A stretch of DNA of 64,000 nt, taken from NCBI RefSeq assembly GCF_009914755.1, contig NC_060932.1; one strand, given 5' to 3'. The DNA comes from the human T2T-CHM13v2.0 reference genome, Homo sapiens. The notes under the pieces were generated by a model that did not search any database, was not told the origin of the DNA, and saw only the letters and a list, made by a program, of their open reading frames with translations. Positions within the stretch are counted from its first letter, which is position 1, and the number at the start of each line of letters is the position of its first letter. A program made the translations under genes and the position numbers. Of the stretch, positions 46,233-60,080 are shown piece by piece.

Positions 46233-47246
46233 ATGGGGAAAAAACAGAGCAGAAAAACTGCAAACTCTGAAAATCAGAGTGCCTCTTCTCCTCCAAAAGA
46301 ATGCAGCTCCTCACCAGCAAGAGAACAAGCTGGACGGAGAATGACTTTGACAAGTTGAGAGAAGAAGGCCTCAGATGATCAAACTACTCCGAGCTACAGG
46401 AGTAAGTATGAACCAATGGCAAAGAAGTTAAAAACTGAAAAAAAATTAGACGAATGGGTAACTAGAATAACCAATGCAGAGAAGTCCTTAAAAGACCTGA
46501 CGGAGCTGAAAACCAAGGCACGAGAACTACCTGATGAATGCAGAAGCCTCAGTAGCCAATGCGATCAACTGGAAGAAAGGGTATTAGTGATGGAAGACGA
46601 AATGAATGAAATGAAGCAAGAAGAGAAGTTTAGAGAAAAAAGAATAAAAAGATATGAACAAAGCCTCCAAGAAATATGGGAGTATGGGAAAAGACCAAAT
46701 CAACATCTGAGTGGTGTACCTGAAAGTGACGGGGAGAATGGAACCAAGTTGGAAAACACTCTGCAGGATATTATCCAGGAGAACTTCCCCAATCTAGCGA
46801 GGCAGGCCAACATTCAGATTCAGGAAATACAGAGAATGCCACAAAGATACTCCTCGAGAAGAGCAATTCCAAGACACATAATTGTCAGATTCACCAAAGT
46901 TGAAATGAAGGAAAAAATGTTAAGGGCAGCCAGAGAGAAAGGTCGGGTTACCCACAAAGGGAAGCCCATCAGACTAACGGCGGATCTCTCGGCAGAAACT
47001 CTACAAGCCAGAAGAGAGTGGGGGCCAATATTCAACATTCTTAAAGAAAAGAATTTTCAACCCAGAATTTCATATCCAGCCAAACTAAGCTTCATAACTG
47101 AAGGAGAAATAAAATACTTTACAGACGAGCAAATGCTGAGAGATTTTGTCACCACCAGGCCTGCCCTAAAAGAGCTCCTGAAGGAAGCACTAAGCATGGA
47201 AAGGAACAACCAGTACGAGCCACTGCAAAAACATGCCAAATTGTAA
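46233..47246 (+). pseudogene. L1 ORF1, disrupted at the N-terminus
   Basis: ATG at 46233; frameshift and stop before ~46430; 46416-47246 open (YPAKLS, QKHAKL). Confidence 0.92.
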
Positions 47247-47309
47247 AGACCATCAAGGCTAGGATGAAACTGCATCAACTAACGAGCAAAATAGCCAGCT
47301 GACATCAAA

Positions 47310-51130
<3,821 letters not shown>

Positions 51131-52154
51131 ACAATGCAAACACATGGACACAGGAAGGGGAACATCACACACTGGGGACTGTTGTGGGGTGGGGGGAGGG
51201 GGAGGGATAGCATTAGGAGATATACCTAATGTAAATGACAAGTTAATAGGTGCAGCACACCAACATGGCACAGGTATACATATGTAACAAACCTGCACGT
51301 TGTGCACATTTACCCTAAAACTCAAACTATAATAATAATAAAATGTTTTAAAAATTCAATAGATTTTACAATATTTTTAAATAATTATGACTTTGTATTT
51401 ATACATTTTATTTGTATTAGTATGTTTTCTTACATTAATTATACTTTTTATAAGGACAAGATCCGACTCAGTACTGATGTTCTTTAGAGCCTACTTACAC
51501 ATTTCATTGTATTTTACTTTAGTAAGAAAGCCACAAAATAAAAATCTACATTAAAATATGTGTGTACAAAAAAAATCTGATTCCCAGCCTATTCCTGTTT
51601 GCAATTGCTGCAACATTAAAATATAGCACATCAAATACATATTTGCTTCTCGGCTAGGATCGCCAAAGAAAAAACATCTTATGATTTGTGGTTGCTGTTA
51701 TTTAATCTTCCCTGAGCTTCATCTTCCCTCATCTGTAGAAGGGGAATATTATTGAGTTTGGAGTGCTTTTGTAATGATTAAACACAGTAGAAGATGAAAA
51801 GTGCCCAGTGCAATTAGCAGGCCTTCAATCAAAATAAGCAAGCTAGCTAGCTAGCTGGCTGGCCAGCTAAATAATGCTTCCCTACATCCAGAATTTCCAG
51901 TTGTTTCATTAGATATGCACATTCAAGTTTTTACTTAGGTAATTTTAAATGTGTCCCAGTGGCAAGTGTCCTGCTAAAGGGGTACTGTTAGCTTCTTCTC
52001 ACCTAAAACTTAGTTTGTTACAAAGGAAATGCCAATTATGGAAAAAGTCAAGCCTTGAGCTACTGAAGGCCGAGTAACCTCGCCAAAGTTTGGATGAGTC
52101 GCTTCACTAATGCACATGCAATCCTGACCTAGAGATCATGTGAGTTTCTGCGTT

Positions 52155-52340
52155 AGAAGGCGGGCACCTGATGGCTCCCAGTGCAGCCAATCAGGAGAGA
52201 ACGTTGCCGCCACACCCACCTGCTCCGCGCTGGCCCTGGGAGAGGAGCCAACCTGTCTTGCTTTTTTTTTTTTTTTAACCAGGCTAAGCTGCTGTAAATT
52301 AAGTCTTCCTGGAAATCTCAGCAACTCTATTGGACGTGCT
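52155..52340. promoter_or_regulatory. Candidate distal regulatory module (GC box, CCAAT boxes, CACCC box)
   Basis: GGCGGG 52159-52164; AGCCAATCAG 52185-52194; CACACCC 52211-52217; ATTGG 52329-52333 abutting ACGTG; local CpG enrichment. Confidence 0.55.
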
Positions 52341-53324
52341 AATGGCACAGTTCACTCCAAACTGGATTCATATTTAAATATTACATATCCTCCAACTCTT
52401 GAGTGCTTTAATTTTGTTATCTGGTTAGCCTGGGAAATCATTTTAAAAATACGCTATAAGTATCAGACTTTCCCTTAGCAATTATATAAAATCTCCTTGC
52501 AGTTTTCTGAAAGGCACAGAAGTGCAGTTTGATTTGGTTGTCTTATCAAAGGACATTTATGCATGAAAATAGGCTGCAGGAGTATTCTATATAAGATAGC
52601 AGGCAGTTCTGCACGTCTGTTTATATGCCATTCACACCATGAACACATCCAATGCAATTGTATTCATCTTCTGTCATTTTTTAAAATTAGAGTTTACTAC
52701 ATGATTTTTGGAGGACGGCCATATCATAGTTATTCATCCCTTGCATGGTCTGTTCTGCCACTTCTAAAGTTCTGCGAAGTTTAATTTTTGGCAGGTTTCA
52801 AGATTCTCTACATACTTTGTAGGTTAGAGTGAACGTGCACAGTATATTGTGTAATAATTGCAATACAAGACGGTGTGTTGTGTTGTGGCACGGAATGCAT
52901 CAACTTAAAGATAGAATTGTTATGCAGAATAGAGACCTTTGAAATATTTGGGTATTATCAACTTTTATTTCATTTTTTGAGAAAAACTTAAAAAGTGAGC
53001 CCAGTTTTTTAAAAAGCATTTCATTGTTCTAACCTACAATTGTGCATTGTATGTTTGTGTGTGTGTGACGGAGGGTGGGATGAATAAAAGGGGACATTAA
53101 AAATATTCAGACCATAAATATAGTAGATTGGAGGTTCTGATTTGATGAGCCAGTTTCTCAGCCATAAACTGAGAGGGGGTTGGGGATACACTTCATTGTC
53201 CTTCCTGGCTAATGTAAATCCCTTATATTTAAAAAGATATTTAAAAGTATTCCAAGCATTTTGGCAGAAAAGCATAGTATCTAATGTTATTTTTTTCTTA
53301 TTTTATGTGCATGCCTCTTATCCA

Positions 53325-53620
53325 TTTAAAAATAGCTTTACTGACCTATAATTTACACACTATATAATTCTCCCATTGAAAGTGCATAATTCTGTTGCTT
53401 TTAGTATATTTACAGAGTTGTGCAGCATCAGCATAATGTAATCTAGAACATTGTCATCAACTACCCCCAAATCTCTATTCTTCCCTTCCCCTATTAATTA
53501 CCCAGCCCCAGGCAAGCACTGATCTACTTTTGGTCTCTATGGATTTGTCTATTTGTGGACACTTTAAATGGAATCATACAATATGTGTCTTTTGCGACTA
53601 TCTTCTTTCACTTATCATAA
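53325..53620 (-). mobile_element. L1MB-like 3' end fragment in the LPL upstream promoter
   Basis: agctttactga..ataatttac...ttttagtatatttacagagttgtgca...ccccaggcaagcactgatctactttt.gtctctatggattt...aatggaatcatacaatatgtg.cttttg...cttctttcactta.cataa follows the reverse L1MB 3'UTR consensus. Confidence 0.85.
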
Positions 53621-53630
53621 CTCAATACGG
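53594..53630 (+). promoter_or_regulatory. LPL: LP-alpha element (-702 to -666; forkhead/HNF3-like, linked to adipocyte differentiation)
   Basis: Position recalled from the LPL promoter literature and mapped using TSS=54296. Confidence 0.65.
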
Positions 53631-53715
53631 CTTTAGATTATTTGACCTCGATGTTCTGCCTCTGAACATAAAATATTATCCTTGCATTCCTTGATGAGTT
53701 TGAGGATTGAGAATA

Positions 53716-53723
53716 ATTTGCAT
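53716..53723 (+). promoter_or_regulatory. LPL: Distal octamer motif ATTTGCAT (-580)
   Basis: Perfect octamer seen in the sequence. Confidence 0.7.
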
Positions 53724-53827
53724 GAGACAAAAATTAGAAACTAGTTAGAGCAAGTAGGCTTTTCTCCATCACATAAGCTGATCCATCTTGCCAATGTTAA
53801 AACACCAGATTGTACAAGCACAAGCTG

Positions 53828-53866
53828 GGACGCAATGTGTGTCCCTCTATCCCTACATTGACTTTG
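53828..53866 (+). promoter_or_regulatory. LPL: LP-beta element (-468 to -430)
   Basis: Position recalled from the literature and mapped using TSS=54296. Confidence 0.6.
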
Positions 53867-54126
53867 CGGGGGTGGGGATGGGGTGCGGGGTGAGTGAGGG
53901 AGGACTGCAAGTGACAAACAGGATTCGTCAAAAGAGAGGTGTATTAAAGTGCCGATCAAATGTAATTTAACAGCTAAACTTTCCCTCCTTGGAAAACAGG
54001 TGATTGTTGAGTATTTAACGTGAATCGATGTAAACCTGTGTTTGGTGCTTAGACAGGGGGCCCCCGGGTAGAGTGGAACCCCTTAAGCTAAGCGAACAGG
54101 AGCCTAACAAAGCAAATTTTTCCGTC

Positions 54127-54139
54127 TGCCCTTTCCCCC
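54127..54139 (-). promoter_or_regulatory. LPL: PPAR response element (DR1) TGCCCTTTCCCCC, -169 to -157
   Basis: Sequence and position match the established LPL PPRE. Confidence 0.9.
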
Positions 54140-54202
54140 TCTTCTCGTTGGCAGGGTTGATCCTCATTACTGTTTGCTCAAACGTTTAGAAGTGAATTTA
54201 GG

Positions 54203-54213
54203 TCCCTCCCCCC
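54203..54213 (+). promoter_or_regulatory. LPL: Sp1/Sp3 CT element CCTCCCCCC (-91 to -83); T allele at -93 (54203)
   Basis: ggtccctcccccc seen; 54203 lies 281 nt upstream of the ATG, matching the known -93T>G (c.-281) site. Confidence 0.85.
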
Positions 54214-54230
54214 AACTTATGATTTTATAG

Positions 54231-54235
54231 CCAAT
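54231..54235 (+). promoter_or_regulatory. LPL: CCAAT box (NF-Y), -65
   Basis: tagCCAATagg. Confidence 0.9.
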
Positions 54236-54249
54236 AGGTGATGAGGTTT

Positions 54250-54257
54250 ATTTGCAT
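54250..54257 (+). promoter_or_regulatory. LPL: Proximal Oct-1 site ATTTGCAT (-46 to -39)
   Basis: Perfect octamer at the established position; TATA-like CATAAG at 54269-54274. Confidence 0.92.
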
Positions 54258-54295
54258 ATTTCCAGTCACATAAGCAGCCTTGGCGTGAAAACAGT

Positions 54296-54483
54296 GTCAG
54301 ACTCGATTCCCCCTCTTCCTCCTCCTCAAGGGAAAGCTGCCCACTTCTAGCTGCCCTGCCATCCCCTTTAAAGGGCGACTTGCTCAGCGCCAAACCGCGG
54401 CTCCAGCCCTCTCCAGCCTCCGGCTCAGCCGGCTCATCAGTCGGTCCGCGCCTTGCAGCTCCTCCAGAGGGACGCGCCCCGAG
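54296..54483 (+). other. LPL: LPL exon 1 5'UTR (188 nt from the major TSS)
   Basis: TSS inferred from mutually consistent numbering of the PPRE, CT element, CCAAT and Oct sites. Confidence 0.8.
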
Positions 54484-54571
54484 ATGGAGAGCAAAGCCCT
54501 GCTCGTGCTGACTCTGGCCGTGTGGCTCCAGAGTCTGACCGCCTCCCGCGGAGGGGTGGCCGCCGCCGACC
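54484..54571 (+). CDS. LPL: Lipoprotein lipase exon 1 CDS (signal peptide plus the first mature residues)
   Basis: [29 protein letters not shown] plus 1 nt; donor C|GTAAGT at 54571/54572 (phase 1). Confidence 0.99.
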
Positions 54572-54931
54572 GTAAGTTTTGCGCGCAAACTCCCCTCCAC
54601 CTGCAGACCCGGCGGGTGGCCACTGCCACCCGAACTGAGGATGAGAAGAAGGAAGTTGGAAGGGGCGGTGGATGCGCCCAGGGACTCTCCCAGCCTGGGC
54701 TCTAGCCCCGAAACGGTCCCCGGAGTGGGATCCAGGAGGGGCCGGGAGGGAATCTCCTCCCGATCGTGAAGCGGCGGCGCCCAGTTCCCGCTTTTTCTCT
54801 CTGCCGGGTTCCCGCGCTATCCCTTCCACTCTGGCTGGGACCGCGTTCCCGGGCTCGCAGGCTCCGCCGGGGAGGTTCCGGGGTGTGGGGGCCGGGACGG
54901 CGGAGGCGGGGAGTAAGGGCCCGGCTGGCGG

Positions 54932-54947
54932 TGACCTGCAGTCACCT
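54932..54947 (-). promoter_or_regulatory. LPL: DR4 nuclear-receptor element (LXR/RXR-type) TGACCTgcagTCACCT
   Basis: Reads AGGTGA-n4-AGGTCA on the minus strand; consistent with my recollection of an LXR element in LPL intron 1. Confidence 0.65.
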
Positions 54948-55850
54948 CTCTGCCGGAGGGGCCCTGGAATGAAAGGCGCGCGGGCCAAGGTGACCTCGCC
55001 TTGGTTGGCACTGCGGCTCAGCCCCCGCCCGGGGACTCGCGGGCCGACTGTGGCCCCTTCTGGGGAAGCCGGGGCGCGGGGAGGCGTTCCGGGCATCTCA
55101 GCCGCACGGGGTACGCTCGCCCTCGGCGGGGCCCCTCGCTCCGCTGTGGGAGTGGCAGTGGGTGTCGGGGTGGAGAAAGTACGCGTGGCGCGGAGTCCTG
55201 GGGACGCGGCGTCCCACCCGCTCTGGGGAGCCCCGGACTCTCTCCAGCTTCCAGGCTCGCATGCCCCTCTTTTCTTAGTGCCCTGAGAACCCAGCGAGGG
55301 GCTGACCCTCCCGAAACCGTGGCGCAGCCACCAGCAATCTGTGGTCGCCGACTCGGGGGGTTGCCAGGTCTGCGTTTGGCCACCCTTTCTGTCCTGGGGG
55401 CTGAGGTCAGCTCCGGGCGCCCGGCCCCGCCGCGCGGCTGCGAGCACGTGGGGTTGACGGGCGCCGCGTGGAGGCAGCGAGCACAACGGTGGTCACCGCC
55501 GCCAGGGAACCGCCCGCTCGCTGGGGTCCAGGCGTTCGGGGCCAAATGAGAATGTCTCAGACCTGTCCGCAATGGAGGCAGCCTGCTTAATTCGAACCTC
55601 GATTCAGTAAACATGCAACAGCAGCATAGAGAGCAGCTGAAGCCATTCATAACACGGGACAACATTTCCTTTTTTCTTCCATGCTGGAATTGCAATTAGG
55701 GCGGTGTCGCTTGGATGTGCTCTCAGGCGGCACGTCCCCAGCGGTTCAAGTTATAATAGAGTCTCTCCATAGCTTTGATGGCCGCTAAACGTTTGTTTTA
55801 TTTTGGCATTAATTTGTGAAACATTTTTGTTAGGTTAAAAAACAAAAAGT

Positions 55851-56160
55851 TGGCAGGGAGCAGTGGCTCACCCATGTAGTCCCAGCACTTCGGGAGGCCG
55901 AGGCCGGAAGACAGCTTGAGCCCAGAAGTTCGAAATCAGCCTGGGCAACATAGGGAGACACCGTCTCTATAAAAAAAAAATACAAAAATTAGCCGGGCGT
56001 GGTGGCCTGTGCCTGTGGTCCCAGATAGTCAGCAGGCTGAGAGATCACTTGAGCCAGGGAGTTTCAGTAGACTGCAGTGAGCTGTGATTGCCCCACTGCA
56101 CTTCATCCTGGGTGACAGTGAGACCCTGTCTCATAAAATTAAAACAAAACAAAACAAACA
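55851..56160 (+). mobile_element. Alu (AluJ-like)
   Basis: Dimer with (AAAAC)n tail. Confidence 0.9.
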
Positions 56161-58949
56161 CTAAGTATAGATTCCATCAAAGCAAAATTGGATAAGAAAA
56201 AAAGTATCTTTTCTATTGGATCAGTTTGAAAACACTGGAGAGTTGATGAGAAAGTCTTCAACATCTTAGGTGGGGTATGTTTCGTATGTTTCCCTTCGTA
56301 CTGCTTAATGCTGACAAGAAGATGGTAGGAGCCAACTCCAAATTCTTATTTCAGAAAGCACACCATAGAATAACGTCATTTTCATTGCAAAACAAGCACC
56401 GAAATATGTCATCACATTCAAGTTTTTCCTAGGCTCCCTTACAGGTTCAAGATCCTAAATTCTTGGGAGTCAGTGTCACCTCTCTGGGTTTAGGTTCCTC
56501 AACTCTGCAATGAGTTTGGATGAGGCCAATGTTCTCTGAGCCTGGTGTAACTCTTGCCTCTTTAAGTGGACACTTATGTGATTAATTAGTTTAATTGAGT
56601 TGTAGCCAACACATGCTTTTCCTAGCTGTAAATATATTAAGGAAGGATTATTTCCAAGTAGACTGGAAACGATGCCCTCCCATCCCCTCCACTTTCACTC
56701 TACTCACCCAATATATCATGCCTCTCCCATCACAGCAACTTTCTCCCTCTTTCTCCTCCAGATGCATTCATCTAGGAAGGTAAGAATTTCAGGGAGAGAA
56801 AGATGTCACCGTGGTAGAAAGACAGGGATCACCTCCTCTGGGCTCTTGAGTTTACTTATTCATTCTGGATTCTTTCTAACAAGAATATGAGGACAAGAGG
56901 CACTGTCCTCAGGCACTTCGTCCTGGGAGCCACCACCATCTCTGCATGGCCCCAATTAGGAAACGTGAAGAGCTAGGAGAGGGAGAGTATGGTCAGTGCT
57001 TAGCAGCTGAAGTTCCACTTGCCTGGCCATCGTGAATTTCCAGGCTGTCTTCTGAGTTGAACATGATGGCAAAGGAGAGCAAAATAGCAGATGTCACTGA
57101 AGGAGAGCTCAGCGAGGGAGTGATTGATTAATAGCTGTATTGAAAGGTGGGAGTCAGGTACGGGGGAAGAGCGGCGATGGAAAATTTTCGCTTTCTTTCA
57201 GCAGCTTATTTTTAACTCAGCTTTCTGTTCTTGCTTTATTATGGAGGAAAAATTGGGCCATAGAGTTTACTGCCTTATGCCAGATTGTTCAAGAAAATGC
57301 CTTGCAACTTACAATATTTTGCAGCTAGTTTCTTCCGTGACCACCACAAAGACTGCATTGACTTAAATATGAAGATGTTCCAGCCATCAAAATGATGGTT
57401 GGTGATGATTTTGGATCACAAAGTGTAAGGAAAGTATTCAAGACATGAGTATCATGATTTTTTAAGGTCTGGATGAAGAGACCATTTGGATTTACTAATA
57501 AGGTAAATTCCAACTTTTATGGCAATAAAAACAACAAAAACACTTATCAGTGTAAAGCTTTGGGATCATCTATCCATTAAATGAGTTTGTCACCACAGTG
57601 AACTAAATACCTTTTATCAACAGAGACTTTCTAACCTGGGAGTAAAATTCTTGTCACAGTGCTTTTGTCACATTCTGTCTTTGCAAAAGTTGAAGGCTCC
57701 AATAGTTTCTGAAGGACTAATAGGATAGGGTTCCAACTTACTCAGAGGCTAAGAGTTTGAAATTTACTCTGAACGATGTCTGTTCACTAGACTGCGTGAC
57801 TGCAGTTTGCTGTCTTGTGGCCATTTTAAGATTGTCTGTGTGCACTGACACCATTTGCGTACTCAACAACAGGTATCTACTAGGAAGGAAGGAATGGATT
57901 ATCTTAGGTGCTATATATATATGTAAGTTCTGCCGGAAGTGAGCCTATTAAACTTGTGCCAATTCATTCCTTTTGCTCTTCCCAGTCTGTGCTCTCAGAA
58001 TGATCAAATGCTATCTAAGTAGTGTGGTGATTTTGACTGTTTGAATGAATAAACGAAAACGTCTCCCACCATTATTTGACAGTAGAATAGAACAAAGATG
58101 ACCCAGTTGGCGTGGCCACACTGTGTCTAATCCAGCCACCTTGCTCACAGCACTCAACCCACTTTGGTGTGTGCGCTCATCTGTATTTTCGTAAATGTTG
58201 AAGTCTCTTTCTATGCAGTCAGGTAGGGGTAATACCATTCTGGCTTGGATTAATTTGAGTGTAGTACAAAGTTTAGAGAAGCTTTTAAGTAGCATGAAAA
58301 GTCAGATGCTTTCGGAGGGATGGTGGTGAATGTAGGTAAATGGATCTGCACTTAGAGATCCTCAACAGCCCTTCATTCAAGATACAGCTATCATGACATC
58401 AATAATGTACCTTTGAAAAAAAATTGGCTGCAGAATTAATTACGGTGAAAAACAGTATAGGAGTTAGCACTTACATTTTAACTAAAAAGAATAGCGTCCC
58501 CATGTTTATTCAGCCCTCCCTCCAATAAAACAATTGTTGGCAAAGTAATCATGGACTTTCATTGTGTTAGTTTGAGACAACTGGATGTTTCCATTTGCCA
58601 TCCTCAGCAACAAGAAGAAAGTAGTCTCAGATTAACCAGGTAAGTATTTTGTATTTCACTTAAAAAATCTTGACTGAAATATGCCTATGTGATGACACTC
58701 AACCAAATTATTTCATTAACCAGTCCACAAGATCTCCTTAAATAATGATGGCTTATTCACACTTGATGGTCTCATTCAGTGGGGCAATTTTAATACACAT
58801 CTCTGAACCTATTTTTTAACCCCTCTTTTTCAGTAGTGTGGAAGGTTAGCCCTAATATTGGAGAAAATTCAGGGTAAAATTCAGATGATTCATACAGGAT
58901 TTATTTTTCCTATTCCATTAATAAAACAACTTTTATAAAAATAAAAAGT

Positions 58950-59262
58950 AGGCTGGCACAGTGGCTCACTCCTGTAATCCCAGCATTTTGGGAGGCCGAG
59001 GCGGGTGGATCATGAGGTCGGGAGTTCAAGACCAGCGTGGCCAGGATGGTGAAACCCCATCTCTACTAAAAATACAAAAATTAGCCAGGCGTGGTGGCAG
59101 GCACCTGTAATCCCGGCTACTCGGGAGGCTGAGGCAGAGAATGGCTTGAACCCAGGAGGCATAGGTTGCAGTGAGTCACGATCGTGCCACTGCACTCCAG
59201 CCTGGGTGACAGAGCAAGACTCCGTTTCAAAAAATAATAATAAAATAAAATGAAATAAAGTA
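58950..59262 (+). mobile_element. Alu (AluS-like)
   Basis: Full dimer with (TAAAA)n tail. Confidence 0.95.
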
Positions 59263-59988
59263 AAGCTGCATGTTAGAGAAGTCAAGAGCATTACTTACGT
59301 TAGAATATCTGAACAGACCAATCAATTCAGTCTGATCATGATATTGATGTTTTTCTTCACCAAATCGACCACATCAGTAATTCACTTTGTTCTTCGATAT
59401 CCTACAGACACTGCCTGAGTCGATAACTATGACTATCAGTCTCAGAGAGCAAATGAATTACTGAGGAAGCCCTGTAGGAGTGAGAGAAAAGGGGGGAGAG
59501 AGAGAGAAAGGGGTGGGGGGATAACAGGAGAACAGAAATTCCAAAGAGAATTGCATTCTCATTGAGTTCTTGTACCTCATGTCATTGCATAAATGTTCAT
59601 CTTACTCACGTGATGACTTTGATCTGCCTTTAAAGCACCATCTGCTGCTTTCCTGGGATGCTCAACACTTCCCTCTTTCTAGCAACAAGAATTACCACTC
59701 TTCCCCTCTATACATTTATCTTTCTCTACGTGCTTTAACTTCTCAGCCTAATTTCGTCTCTGTGAGTTATTATCTATGTTAGAATAAATTCTTTGTCTTT
59801 GTTTACACACTCAGATTTGTAGTTATTTATTTAGGAATTTAGGAATAAAGATTCCATAGTCAGGAAAGGCACAATTTATAACTTGCGTGTTACCCAAAAC
59901 TCTCCCCTAAGGGCTTAATATGGACATTTCTGACGAGGCCTGATGGGCAGGTGGTACGGTGATGCTAAGTTAAATTCAGAATGAAGGC

Positions 59989-60080
59989 CTGCCTTTCCTT
60001 CCCTCCTTCCTTCCCCTTCCCCTTCTTCCTTCCTTCCTTCCTTCCCTCCATCCCTCCCTCCTGTACTCCTCTTCTTTCTC
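59989..60080. repeat. (CCTT/CCCT)n pyrimidine tract
   Basis: Read directly. Confidence 0.9.

Larger units (their letters stand above)
54390..55560. promoter_or_regulatory. LPL: CpG island over LPL exon 1 and the 5' part of intron 1
   Basis: Very GC-rich with dense CpG. Confidence 0.95.

Noticed and set aside
51841-51868. Self-complementary (AGCT)n run
   Set aside because: It is a short simple repeat at the end of a MIR-like fragment, with no supporting evidence of function.
54056-54375. Short perfect palindromes GGGGGCCCCC (54056-54065) and CCCTTTAAAGGG (54364-54375)
   Set aside because: Palindromes of 10-12 bp are expected by chance in 64 kb; no function can be assigned from sequence alone.
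54484-54705. 73-aa ORF starting at the LPL ATG
   Set aside because: It is exon 1 reading into intron 1; the real CDS splices at 54571.
54437-55695. Long ORFs (349, 225, 204 and 182 aa) over the LPL CpG island
   Set aside because: They occur in several frames at once, are rich in Pro/Arg/Gly/Ala, and the 349-aa ORF starts at TTG; this is expected stop-codon depletion in GC-rich DNA.
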